A DNA stretch of 50,826 bases from Paracoccaceae bacterium (GTDB lineage Bacteria > Pseudomonadota > Alphaproteobacteria > Rhodobacterales > Rhodobacteraceae), in NCBI GenBank assembly GCA_025458385.1, contig JALOSO010000002.1, positions 1-50,826 of the forward strand. Reading direction: 5' to 3'. A model generated the notes under the pieces. The model was not told the origin of the DNA and did not search any database. It saw nothing but the letters and a program-made list of their open reading frames with translations. The position numbers and the translations under genes are program-made. How positions within the stretch are numbered: position 1 is the first letter of the stretch; each line of letters begins with the position of its first letter. Below, in pieces: positions 17,869 to 26,373 of this stretch.

Positions 17869-18473
17869 CACGCCACCCCGCCCGCAACCGCGCTCTGCCC
17901 CAGGTCGAAATGCCGCCCGGCCGCAAAGCGCGCCGCCGCCACGTGCACGCGCAACCATTCGGCCCCGTCATATTGCCCCCGGTGCTCCAGAAACACCAAG
18001 GCGCCATAGTCATCGGCCATGGCGCGCAACAGGCCTGCCATCACATGCCCTGCCCCGGCAAAGGTTGACCGGCAGGCCAGCAAATAGACATCGGGCTCAT
18101 CCTCGGACAGGGCAAGGTGCGGCACGTCGATTTCGGGCACCGCAAGGCGGCTGCGGCCATGCAGATCTTCCACGGACAACAGAAAGTCCATGAAATCCGC
18201 GCCCCCGAACCGCAGCAACCGCCGGACGGGTTCAACCGTTGCATGCGACGCAAGATAGGTCCCGAAATCCTCCAGCACCTGTTCGCGCGACCGCGCCAGC
18301 CGCTGGGCCGCCGCATCGATCAACGCCTCGGTCACGCCCTGATCATAGCGCGACATCGAATCGAAACTGTCTGCACCGAACTGCGCATCAGCGGCCACAT
18401 CGCGCCAAAGGGCCGGCCCGAAACTGTCGCGCAGAAAGCATTCGACCCCGCGATTGACCAACCCATGCATCAT
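17868..18473 (-). CDS. H-NOX (heme NO/O2-binding, HNOB) sensor protein (about 200 aa)
   Basis: N-terminus MHGLVNRGVECFLRDSFGPALWRDV parallels sGC beta1 [25 protein letters not shown]. The proximal His is at the expected position (EDLH105GR). Two adjacent ATGs (18473 and 18470). Confidence 0.8.
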   Translation of the reverse strand: MMHGLVNRGVECFLRDSFGPALWRDVAADAQFGADSFDSMSRYDQGVTEALIDAAAQRLARSREQVLEDFGTYLASHATVEPVRRLLRFGGADFMDFLLSVEDLHGRSRLAVPEIDVPHLALSEDEPDVYLLACRSTFAGAGHVMAGLLRAMADDYGALVFLEHRGQYDGAEWLRVHVAAARFAAGRHFDLGQSAVAGGVA

Positions 18474-18641
18474 CCATGCCCATTGCAGCCCTTTTGATGG
18501 GACAGCCTAGCAAGCCGGGGTTAACGGGCGGATGAGGCGCCCGATCCGCCAAAGTGGAAAGTCTGGCGTTTTTGCATCGTGTTTTAGCAAGCCGCGCGCA
18601 ACCAAAGGCAGGTCCGCAGGCAAAGCGCCCGACCTTCGCCC

Positions 18642-20198
18642 CTAGTAGTCGGTCGGCGCGCCGCCTTCCTGACGTCGCCGCGCCACGAACCGGCGCAGGT
18701 CTTCGGCATGGTCGCCGTTCATTGCGGGGGGTTCAAATTCGGCAATGATCTGCTTGTAGATGCGGTGGGCGCGTTCCTGCGTCCAGACCCCGCCATCCTG
18801 TTGCCAGGCCTCATAATTGCGCCAGTCGCTGACAAAGGGCTGATAGAACGCCGTCTGATAGCGGTCTTGTGTATGCTGCACGCCAAAGTAATGGCCCCCT
18901 GCCCCGACCTCGCGGATGGCATCAAAGGCGATATCGTCTTCGGTGGTGGCCCAGATCGCCTCTTCGAAATAACGCTGGATCATTTGCAGGATTTCGCAAT
19001 CCATCACGAACTTTTCCGGGCTTGCGATCAGCCCGCCTTCCAGCCACCCCGCCGCATGGAAAACCAGATTGGTGCCGGATTGAACCGCCGACCACAGGGC
19101 ATTCGACGTTTCCCACATCGCCTGCCCGTCGGGAATATTGGCCGCACAAGACCCTGAAGCGCGCATCGGCAGCTTGTAGAACCGCGCCATCTGCCCGGTC
19201 ATCTGTGTGGCGCGCATGTATTCCGGCGTGCCAAAGGCCGGTGCGCCCGACTTCATGTCGACGTTTGACGTGAACGTGCCGATGGCGACCGGGCAGCCGG
19301 GGTTGATGTATTGCAACAGCGCAATTGCGCTTAGCCCTTCGGCCAGCGACAGGGCGACAGCCCCTGCCATTGTGACGGGGGCCATGGCGCCCGCCAGCGT
19401 GAAGGGTGTGACGATCACCGCCTGATTGCGCCGGGCCATCCGCATGGCACCGTCCAGCATCGGGTAATCATGCTTCAGCGGGCTGACCGAATTGATGTTG
19501 GTATACATCCGCGCGCTGGCGTCGAATTCTGCCTGGGTCAGTCCGCCCGCAAGGCGCACCATCTCCATCGCGTCTTCCACCCGCTCGGCCCCCAGCGAAT
19601 AGGCATGTACGGCCTTGTCGGTATTGATCAGCAGATCCTCGATGCAGTCCAGATGCCGGACGGACGGATGCACATCGATCGGTTCAACCGAATAGCCGCC
19701 CGCAAGATGAATGCAGTTGAAATACTGGTTCAGCTTCACAAACTCTTGGAAAGACTGAAAATCGCCCGATCTTTTGCCGCGCTCCATGTCCCAGGCGTTG
19801 GGCGGCGATGCAACGGCCCCAAAGATCATGTGCCGCCCGCCAAGCGTAATGCGGCGGTCGGTGTTGCGGGGCGTGATGTCAAACGTCGCCGGCGCATGAG
19901 CCAGCATCTCCATCACAAAATCTTCGTCCATGCGCACATTGGTATCTTGCACCCGGCAACCGGCCCGGCGAAAGATTTCCAGCGCTTCGGGGTTCAGGAT
20001 TTCGATCCCGATCTCGCGCAGAATCCGCATGGCCCCGTTGTGGACTCGGGTAACGCCTTCGGCATCAAGCGGTTCGATCGGGCGGTCCGGGTTGACAGGC
20101 AGGCGCCATGGCATCTGGTCAATCGCGGCCGAGCCCGCCCGCGCCTGGTTGCCCGCGCGACCGCCTGCGCGTTTGCGCCGTGCTGGTTCTTCGTTCAT
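18642..20198 (-). CDS. trimethylamine-methyltransferase (MttB) superfamily protein, non-pyrrolysine type (518 aa)
   Basis: Long collinear MttB-family sequence (PWRLPVNPDRPIEPL..., TPFTLAGAMAPVTMAGAV, GAPAFGTPEY) with no in-frame TAG. Start trimmed from 20405 to the ATG at 20198, which has AGGAGG 6 nt upstream. Confidence 0.85.
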   Translation of the reverse strand: MNEEPARRKRAGGRAGNQARAGSAAIDQMPWRLPVNPDRPIEPLDAEGVTRVHNGAMRILREIGIEILNPEALEIFRRAGCRVQDTNVRMDEDFVMEMLAHAPATFDITPRNTDRRITLGGRHMIFGAVASPPNAWDMERGKRSGDFQSFQEFVKLNQYFNCIHLAGGYSVEPIDVHPSVRHLDCIEDLLINTDKAVHAYSLGAERVEDAMEMVRLAGGLTQAEFDASARMYTNINSVSPLKHDYPMLDGAMRMARRNQAVIVTPFTLAGAMAPVTMAGAVALSLAEGLSAIALLQYINPGCPVAIGTFTSNVDMKSGAPAFGTPEYMRATQMTGQMARFYKLPMRASGSCAANIPDGQAMWETSNALWSAVQSGTNLVFHAAGWLEGGLIASPEKFVMDCEILQMIQRYFEEAIWATTEDDIAFDAIREVGAGGHYFGVQHTQDRYQTAFYQPFVSDWRNYEAWQQDGGVWTQERAHRIYKQIIAEFEPPAMNGDHAEDLRRFVARRRQEGGAPTDY

Positions 20199-20316
20199 GG
20201 CAATCCTCCTGCGGCGGCGCCACCTTTGGCGCGATGCATGCACCATCGCCGCTTCAACGCGCGAACGCATACTTCTCAGGCGACGCGTTTGCGTCGTTTT
20301 TGACAAAAGGCCCGGC

Positions 20317-21015
20317 TCAGGCCCTGTCAAGCCAGTCTGGCAGGGCGCCGATGTCGGGCAAAACCGCATCCGCCAGCGGGGCAAGATCGTCGGCCGTGGC
20401 GACACCGGTCAGCACAGCAACGGCCACCATCCCCGCAGCACGGGCCGCCTGCAGGTCATGGCGACTGTCCCCCACCATGGCAATCACGCCCGGCGCATGG
20501 CCGACATGCGTGGCAAAGGCGGTAAGCATTCCGGCACAAGGCTTACCGCCATAACCGGAATCGCTGCCCAGGATCAGATCGAACAGGTCCGCCACACCCG
20601 CCCGCTCCAGATGCGCTACCGCCGGGGCCGCGCCGTCATTTGTGGCAACGCCCAGCTGCAGACCCCGCGCCCGCAACGCAGACAGCAACGGCCGCAACGG
20701 CACCGCGGGGGCCATCGCCGCCTCAGCCGCCAGCAGGTTCATGCGCACTTCCAGCTGATCGGCCGTGTTTTGCGGATAGTGGGGGGCCAGAAATGCCGCG
20801 ATTTCCGACGGCGTGGCCGCAATGACCGGGCTATCAGGCGCAAACCGGTTCAGCACCGGATCATAGCCAATCACCGCGCCAAGCCTGTGCTGTTCGGTGG
20901 TGTCCGTTGTCAGATGCGCCAGAAAATCCGCGGCCCATTTCCCCCAGCTTTGGCGAAAGTCGAACAGCGTGCCGTCCTTGTCAAACACGATGGCCTTGAT
21001 CACGGGCATCCTCAT
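20317..21015 (-). CDS. HAD-superfamily hydrolase (phosphoglycolate-phosphatase-like)
   Basis: HAD motif I (IVFDKDGTLFD) and a motif IV-like MVGDSRHD. The start overlaps the DUF3572 stop (ATGA). Confidence 0.8.
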   Translation of the reverse strand: MRMPVIKAIVFDKDGTLFDFRQSWGKWAADFLAHLTTDTTEQHRLGAVIGYDPVLNRFAPDSPVIAATPSEIAAFLAPHYPQNTADQLEVRMNLLAAEAAMAPAVPLRPLLSALRARGLQLGVATNDGAAPAVAHLERAGVADLFDLILGSDSGYGGKPCAGMLTAFATHVGHAPGVIAMVGDSRHDLQAARAAGMVAVAVLTGVATADDLAPLADAVLPDIGALPDWLDRA

Positions 21016-21320
21016 GTCCAGTGCCAGCTGTCGCCGCCCGGCAGCCCCGCCCGGATTTGCAAGGCCGTTTCTGGCCGCCGTCCGGTCGCCTTGGCCCAGG
21101 CCAGCACATGGGCGTCTTCCGACAGCACGAAATCAACGACGGCCGCCAGAAAGGCCGGATCGCCTGCCCTTGCGGCAAGGGCATCCGGCGCAATGCCAGC
21201 CGCCGCCAGAAAGGCCCCGATCACCTCTTCGTCACCAGCCAGCCAGGCCAGCATTGTTAACGCCTCTGTCTCGGCAAGTTCTTGCTCAAACGGCCCGGTT
21301 ATACCCAATATTACCCCCAT
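21012..21320 (-). CDS. DUF3572-family protein (102 aa)
   Basis: Sequence pattern LTMLAWLAGDEEVIGAFLAAAGI.P..L...AGDPAFLAAVVDFVL.ED..VL matches the small alphaproteobacterial family usually found divergent from pleD. No obvious RBS. Confidence 0.6.
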   Translation of the reverse strand: MGVILGITGPFEQELAETEALTMLAWLAGDEEVIGAFLAAAGIAPDALAARAGDPAFLAAVVDFVLSEDAHVLAWAKATGRRPETALQIRAGLPGGDSWHWT

Positions 21321-21327
21321 TCTGACC

Positions 21328-21403
21328 GCAATTGCTGAAAATCCCCGCAGTTTAGCTAAGAACTCTGAAAGGATTTCTTAACTACTTGGCAGCAATTATT
21401 GCT
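21328..21403. promoter_or_regulatory. AT-rich divergent promoter region with two related palindromes (GCAATTGC at 21328..21335; AGCAAT-T-ATTGCT at 21391..21403)
   Basis: Read directly. Lies between the DUF3572 (-) and pleD (+) starts. Confidence 0.4.
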
Positions 21404-21434
21404 CAGGTGAATAACAAATGAGCGTTTGGGTTTC

Positions 21435-22820
21435 ATGACGGGGCGAATCCTCATAGTTGACGATGTGGCGACCAATCGCATCGTTCTCAAGGTCAAGCTG
21501 GAGGCCGTGTTCTACACGTCCTTGCTGGCCGCGAGCGGCGCCGAGGCGCTGTCCATTGCCCAGCGTGAATGTCCTGACCTGATCCTGCTTGACCTGATGT
21601 TGCCCGATATGTCGGGGACCGAGGTTCTGGCCCGACTGCGCGATGATCCGTTGACCGCCACGATCCCCGTGATCATCCTGTCATCCACACTTGACCCCGG
21701 ATCGCGTCTGGCAGCCTTGCGTGCGGGTGCCGATGATTTTTTGACCAAACCCGTGCCCGATGCGGTGTTGCTTGCACGCCTGCGCAATCTGATGCGGGGG
21801 CAACCCGTTGATCACAACTTTGCCAAGGTGGCAGATGCGCTGGCGATGACCGGCTTTGCCGAGGACACACAGCATTTCACGCGGCCTGCGGCAATTGCGC
21901 TGATCTCGGACCGGGCCGAACAGGCGCTGCGCTGGCGGCGGGAACTGACCAAGGTCTTTCCGGGGCATTATGCCGTGCAATCGCTGGAACAGGCCCTGTC
22001 AAGCGATACCGCACCAGCGGGCCAAGGGGCCGAGGGACCGGATATCTATCTGGTTGACGCTGACATGGGCCGCGGCAGCAATGTGCTGCACTTCATCTCG
22101 GACCTGCGCAGCCGCAGCGGCTCTCGTCATGCGGCGATCTGCCTTGTCGGGTCAGACATCACACCGGAAAAGATGGCAACCGCCTTTGATATCGGTGCGA
22201 ATGACGTGATCCACGCCGAAGTGCAGGTGGCCGAACTTGGCCTGCGGCTGCAAACAATGCTGACGCGCAAACGCGCGGCAGACAGGGCGCGTGCCTCGGT
22301 CAACGATGGGCTGCGCATGGCGATGATCGATCCGTTGACCGGTCTTTACAACCGCCGCTACGCCCTGCCCCATCTGACGCGCGTGGCAGAGGCCGCGCAG
22401 ATCGAAGGGTCGGTCTTTGCCGTGATGGTGATCGATCTTGACCGATTCAAATCGGTGAATGACCGCCATGGCCACGCGGCGGGCGATCTGGTGCTGATGC
22501 GCATCGCGGAACGGCTTTCGCTGAACCTGCGATCGGATGACATGATCGCGCGCATCGGCGGCGAAGAGTTTCTGGTCGTGCTGCCCGACACGACGCATTC
22601 CGAAGCGCGGATTGCGGCGGAACGGCTGTGCCGGATGGTGACCGAACGCCCGGTGACGTTGGACGACGGAACCGAAATCGCGATGTCGATCTCGATCGGA
22701 CTGGCCTTCAGCGGCGCTGCGCCCAGCGTTTCAGGGCTGATCGACGCCGCCGATCAGGCACTGCTGCGGTCGAAATCCCTGGGCCGCAACCGGGTGACGA
22801 TCAGCCTGAATGCCGCCTGA
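21435..22820 (+). CDS. pleD: PleD-type response regulator diguanylate cyclase (REC-REC-GGDEF)
   Basis: REC1 (ILIVDDVATNR...DLILLDLMLPDMSG), a degenerate REC2, GGEEF active site with an RxxD I-site (RSDD) 5 residues upstream. ATG at 21435 preferred over the TTG at 21426. Confidence 0.9.
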   Translation: MTGRILIVDDVATNRIVLKVKLEAVFYTSLLAASGAEALSIAQRECPDLILLDLMLPDMSGTEVLARLRDDPLTATIPVIILSSTLDPGSRLAALRAGADDFLTKPVPDAVLLARLRNLMRGQPVDHNFAKVADALAMTGFAEDTQHFTRPAAIALISDRAEQALRWRRELTKVFPGHYAVQSLEQALSSDTAPAGQGAEGPDIYLVDADMGRGSNVLHFISDLRSRSGSRHAAICLVGSDITPEKMATAFDIGANDVIHAEVQVAELGLRLQTMLTRKRAADRARASVNDGLRMAMIDPLTGLYNRRYALPHLTRVAEAAQIEGSVFAVMVIDLDRFKSVNDRHGHAAGDLVLMRIAERLSLNLRSDDMIARIGGEEFLVVLPDTTHSEARIAAERLCRMVTERPVTLDDGTEIAMSISIGLAFSGAAPSVSGLIDAADQALLRSKSLGRNRVTISLNAA

Positions 22821-22913
22821 GGCGGGCTGCCTGTGCCAATTCAGCCTGTTTACACGCGCAGCCCACAGGTTTAGCAGAACAGCTATCCGATGTGCCACAA
22901 AGGGCCAAGGGCC

Positions 22914-23327
22914 ATGACCGATGCCATGCCACAGATCACCGATGAAACCGAAGATCGCCCGACCAAACCGGCGCTGCGGCGCGGCTGGCAGCGCTGCTGC
23001 CCCAATTGCGGCGAAGGGCGGCTTTTCACCGGCTATCTGACGGTGGCCGCAACCTGCACAGCCTGCGGCGAATCCTTTGTGGCCCAACGGGCCGATGATG
23101 GCCCGGCCTATCTGACGATCCTGATCGTGGGCCATGTCATGGCGCCGTTGTTCCTGTGGTCGTACTTCCGCTGGCAGCCTTCGCCTTTGGTGATGAGCGT
23201 GGTTTTCACGGCCGGAACGGTCGCGCTGTCACTGTATCTGTTGCCCCGGCTGAAAGGCGCGCTTGTGGCATTGCAATGGGCCAAGCGAATGCATGGCTTT
23301 GGCAAGGTGACCGGCCCCGTTGTCTGA
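22914..23327 (+). CDS. DUF983-family membrane protein
   Basis: Zinc-ribbon-like CPNCGEGRLF...CTACGESF followed by DDGPAYLTILIVGHV and TM segments. Start 22914 or 22890. Confidence 0.65.
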   Translation: MTDAMPQITDETEDRPTKPALRRGWQRCCPNCGEGRLFTGYLTVAATCTACGESFVAQRADDGPAYLTILIVGHVMAPLFLWSYFRWQPSPLVMSVVFTAGTVALSLYLLPRLKGALVALQWAKRMHGFGKVTGPVV

Positions 23328-23913
23328 CGCGGGCCCTGCCATCCGACCGGCGGCGACGGTCATATTGCTGCGGCGCGGGCCCGAACCTGCGGTGCTGATG
23401 GGGCAGCGCGGCGCGGGTGCGGCCTTCATGCCATCAAAATTCGTCTTTCCCGGCGGTGCGATTGATCCGCAAGATCACGCGGCAGGGCATCTGGAGGCCG
23501 TCTGCGAGGCAAGACTGGCGCAAGGGCCTGCCCCGGTGGCACCCGGCATGATCGCCGGGGCCGCCCTGCGCGAGCTGCAGGAAGAAACCGGGCTGCGCCT
23601 GCGGGCAGGCGCAAGGTTGCAATTCGTCTTTCGGGCGATCACGCCACCGGGCCGCCCGCGCCGGTTTGATGCGCGGTTCCTGTTGGCCGATGCTGGCGAT
23701 GTCGCGGGGGATGCCGGGGATTTCAGCGGCGCGGACCATGAACTGGGCCACCTGCAATGGATCGCCCCGCGCGCCGCCGCCCAGCTTGACCTGCCCTTCA
23801 TCACCGAGGTCGTTCTGGCCGAGGTCAGCGCCATCGCCGCAGGGCGCGCTCAGCCGGCTGTGCCGTTCTTTGACAACTCCGGTGATGTGCCGACATTCCG
23901 GCGGATCGACTGA
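23320..23913 (+). CDS. NUDIX-family hydrolase
   Basis: FPGG ... AALRELQEETGL Nudix-box core. TTG start overlapping the DUF983 stop; the start is uncertain. Confidence 0.7.
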   Translation: MSDAGPAIRPAATVILLRRGPEPAVLMGQRGAGAAFMPSKFVFPGGAIDPQDHAAGHLEAVCEARLAQGPAPVAPGMIAGAALRELQEETGLRLRAGARLQFVFRAITPPGRPRRFDARFLLADAGDVAGDAGDFSGADHELGHLQWIAPRAAAQLDLPFITEVVLAEVSAIAAGRAQPAVPFFDNSGDVPTFRRID

Positions 23914-24866
23914 CCGGCAGCCGGGGCCTGCCCGGGCATCAAAGGATGCGCAACCGGATCCTTGACCCGCAACAGATAGGCGCGAAAGACCTGCGCATAA
24001 GACCGGAAGAGATACCCTTCGTTGCGCCGCAGGTAATGCGTGCGCTGTGCGGCATACAAGGCAGGCAGCCGGTACCAGGCGACAGTGGGGTGCATGTGAT
24101 GCACCGCATGGAAGTTGTTGTTCAGGAACAGCAGCGCAAAGGGGCCACGATCCTCGACGATCACTGTCCGGGCGCGGGCCAGATCATGCGCGCGATGTTC
24201 CAGATAGGTGCGCAGTTTCAGCAGCCCATGGCCGATCCAGACCGCCAGCAGATAGGCCCACCAGGGCATGGCCGCCAGCCAGACCCAGCCGATCACTGGC
24301 ACCAGCCACAGGACATGCAGCGCCCAGTCGCGCCGTACGGCCGCGTCACCTGCCCTCAGCAGCACCATCTCGGACCAGAGCCACAGCACCATGCCGATCA
24401 GCGGGCCAACAACCATCCGCCCCAGCAGCGTGTTGTTGACCAGCAGCAGCAATTGCGCCGGGCACGGCAGCCCGTGCCAGACGGCAGGATCAAGATAATT
24501 GCTTTCGGGATCGTCGTAGGGGTCTGTCAGAATGGGGTCGTGATGATGCGCAAGATGCGTATCGCGAAAGCGCCCGAACGGCACTGTCAGTGTCAGACCC
24601 GGTGAGACCAGCGCCGCGTTCAGCCAGCGCATGCGGAACGGGTGACCGTGCAGCGCCTCATGCTGCAGTGAGGAATGCTGCGCAATCATGACGCCCGCCA
24701 AAACAACGCCGGCGATGCCGGACCAGGCATAGACGACCCCGGTCGCCAGCAGCCAAAGCCCGTAAGTTGCGACCAGCATCAACAAGGTTGGCCATTCGAT
24801 GCGATCAGGCGTTCGAAGATCAGCGCATGCCGTATCCCCGGCGGGGGCCTTGTCTGCGGTCGTCAA
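23850..24866 (-). CDS. membrane fatty-acid desaturase family protein
   Basis: Three His boxes (HEALHGH, HLAHHH, HAVHHMH) and N-terminal TM helices. TTG start with AAGGAG 6 nt upstream. Confidence 0.85.
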   Translation of the reverse strand: MTTADKAPAGDTACADLRTPDRIEWPTLLMLVATYGLWLLATGVVYAWSGIAGVVLAGVMIAQHSSLQHEALHGHPFRMRWLNAALVSPGLTLTVPFGRFRDTHLAHHHDPILTDPYDDPESNYLDPAVWHGLPCPAQLLLLVNNTLLGRMVVGPLIGMVLWLWSEMVLLRAGDAAVRRDWALHVLWLVPVIGWVWLAAMPWWAYLLAVWIGHGLLKLRTYLEHRAHDLARARTVIVEDRGPFALLFLNNNFHAVHHMHPTVAWYRLPALYAAQRTHYLRRNEGYLFRSYAQVFRAYLLRVKDPVAHPLMPGQAPAAGQSIRRNVGTSPELSKNGTAG

Positions 24867-24977
24867 AGCGGACTCCTTGCGCGAATTCCTGCCTGAAATC
24901 TAGCACTGCCACAGCGCTGTTGAAATTCTGAAGAAACGCAACATAATGTCACTGATGATGACTTTCGTGAACAACTG

Positions 24978-25832
24978 ATGGATAAAATCAATCGCGCAAC
25001 GCTGTTCCGCAGCCGCCTGACCGAGGCAATGGCGCAGCGCGGCTTGACCCAAAGCGCCCTTGCGCGGGCCGTCGGGGTTGACCGGTCGACGATCTCGCAA
25101 ATCCTGTCAGGCACGTCAGACCGGCTGCCGGGGGCCCATCTGGCGGCAGACTTTGCCGTGGCCTTGCAGATCAGCGCTGACTGGCTGCTGGGCCTGACAG
25201 GCCGTCCGGAACCGCTGGCCGATCTGCTGGCCGCGACCGTGACCATAAAAGAGGCACCCCGCGCGCTGATCGACGAGACGATCTTTGGCTGGCACCAAGA
25301 GGCGGCGGGTTACAAGATCCGCCATGTCCCGGCGACCTTGCCCGACATGCTGAAAACCCGCGCGATGGTGGAATGGGAATACCGCCCGCAATTGGGGCGC
25401 ACGGCAGAACAGGCCTTTGGCGCTTTTGAAGACCGGTTGGAATGGATGCGCAACGCGCAGTCAGACTATGAAATTGCCCTGCCTTTGCATGAACTGCAGG
25501 CCTTTGCCACGGCAACGGGCTATTACGCCGGGTTGCCGGATGCGACGCGGCGGGCGCAACTGCGGCATCTGGCGGACCTTTGCGATCAGCTTTACCCCAG
25601 TCTGCGCCTGTATCCATTCGATGCGCGCCGGGTGTTTTCTGCCCCGGTCACAATCTTTGGCCCCTTGCTGGCGGTGATCTATCTGGGCCGCGACTATCTG
25701 GCCTTTCGCGACAGTGCGCGCGTGGTCCGGCTGTCAGAGCATTTTGACTGGCTGGTGCGCGAGGCAGCAATGGGTGCGCGCGATGTTGCGGCCTTTCTGC
25801 GCAGCCTTGCCGATCAGCCCGCATCCGCCTGA
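24978..25832 (+). CDS. XRE-family HTH transcriptional regulator with a roughly 200-aa C-terminal domain of unknown type
   Basis: HTH LTQSALARAVGVDRSTISQILSG. Divergent from the desaturase across a 111-bp spacer. Confidence 0.75.
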   Translation: MDKINRATLFRSRLTEAMAQRGLTQSALARAVGVDRSTISQILSGTSDRLPGAHLAADFAVALQISADWLLGLTGRPEPLADLLAATVTIKEAPRALIDETIFGWHQEAAGYKIRHVPATLPDMLKTRAMVEWEYRPQLGRTAEQAFGAFEDRLEWMRNAQSDYEIALPLHELQAFATATGYYAGLPDATRRAQLRHLADLCDQLYPSLRLYPFDARRVFSAPVTIFGPLLAVIYLGRDYLAFRDSARVVRLSEHFDWLVREAAMGARDVAAFLRSLADQPASA

Positions 25833-25869
25833 CCGGACGGCGCGCGATACGCAATGCTTGCGATCCAGC

Positions 25870-26373
25870 CTAGCGCGCAGCCTGCAGCAGGTCTGTGTTA
25901 TACCCATTGAAATCAAAGACTTCGCGGGCAGCGTTCAGGCGATCGGATGGCAGGTTCGCGCCCTTGTTCAACACAAAGCCAAAGCGCCCGTCAGGCGTGC
26001 CAATGGCCAGCGTCCGCAGGCTGGTGTCAGCCCAGATCACCCACCAGGCCGCCTCTTCGCCGCGCTGAAACCGCCCCGGCCCGGTTTGCTGATAGGCGCC
26101 AGTGACATCGCGGCGCATGCCACCAAGGCACAGCGTCCCTGTCACGGCAAGCCCGCCTTCAGCCGTACCGATGCTGACCTCACCCCCGGCCGCACAACCG
26201 CCGTCACCAAAGAACCCTGCCACCTGCTGCCAGTCACCAGACAGGTCGGCCGCCTGAATGACCGCATTGGAATAAAGCGGCACGGCCGGATCGCGATAGC
26301 CGGTCAAAGGCGCGGGCGCGGTGGCGCAGGCCGCAAGTGCCGCCAAGGCGAAAAGGGCGGTCAGTCGAGGCAC
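25870..26373 (-). CDS. lipocalin-like (Blc-type) lipoprotein
   Basis: GTG start, lipobox LAAC, then the lipocalin-like pattern YRD....P......DLSGDWQQVA ... WWVIWADTSLRTLAIGTPDGRFGFVL. Confidence 0.55.
   Translation of the reverse strand: MPRLTALFALAALAACATAPAPLTGYRDPAVPLYSNAVIQAADLSGDWQQVAGFFGDGGCAAGGEVSIGTAEGGLAVTGTLCLGGMRRDVTGAYQQTGPGRFQRGEEAAWWVIWADTSLRTLAIGTPDGRFGFVLNKGANLPSDRLNAAREVFDFNGYNTDLLQAAR

Noticed and set aside
18508-18593. 9-bp direct repeat TAGCAAGCC (18508..18516 and 18585..18593) in the H-NOX upstream region
   Set aside because: A single 9-mer pair 77 bp apart could occur by chance, and no supporting symmetry or second example was seen.
19930-21381. 483-aa + strand ORF spanning the mttB 5' end, HAD and DUF3572 genes
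   Set aside because: It crosses three well-supported minus-strand genes and an intergenic gap, and is Arg-rich nonsense.
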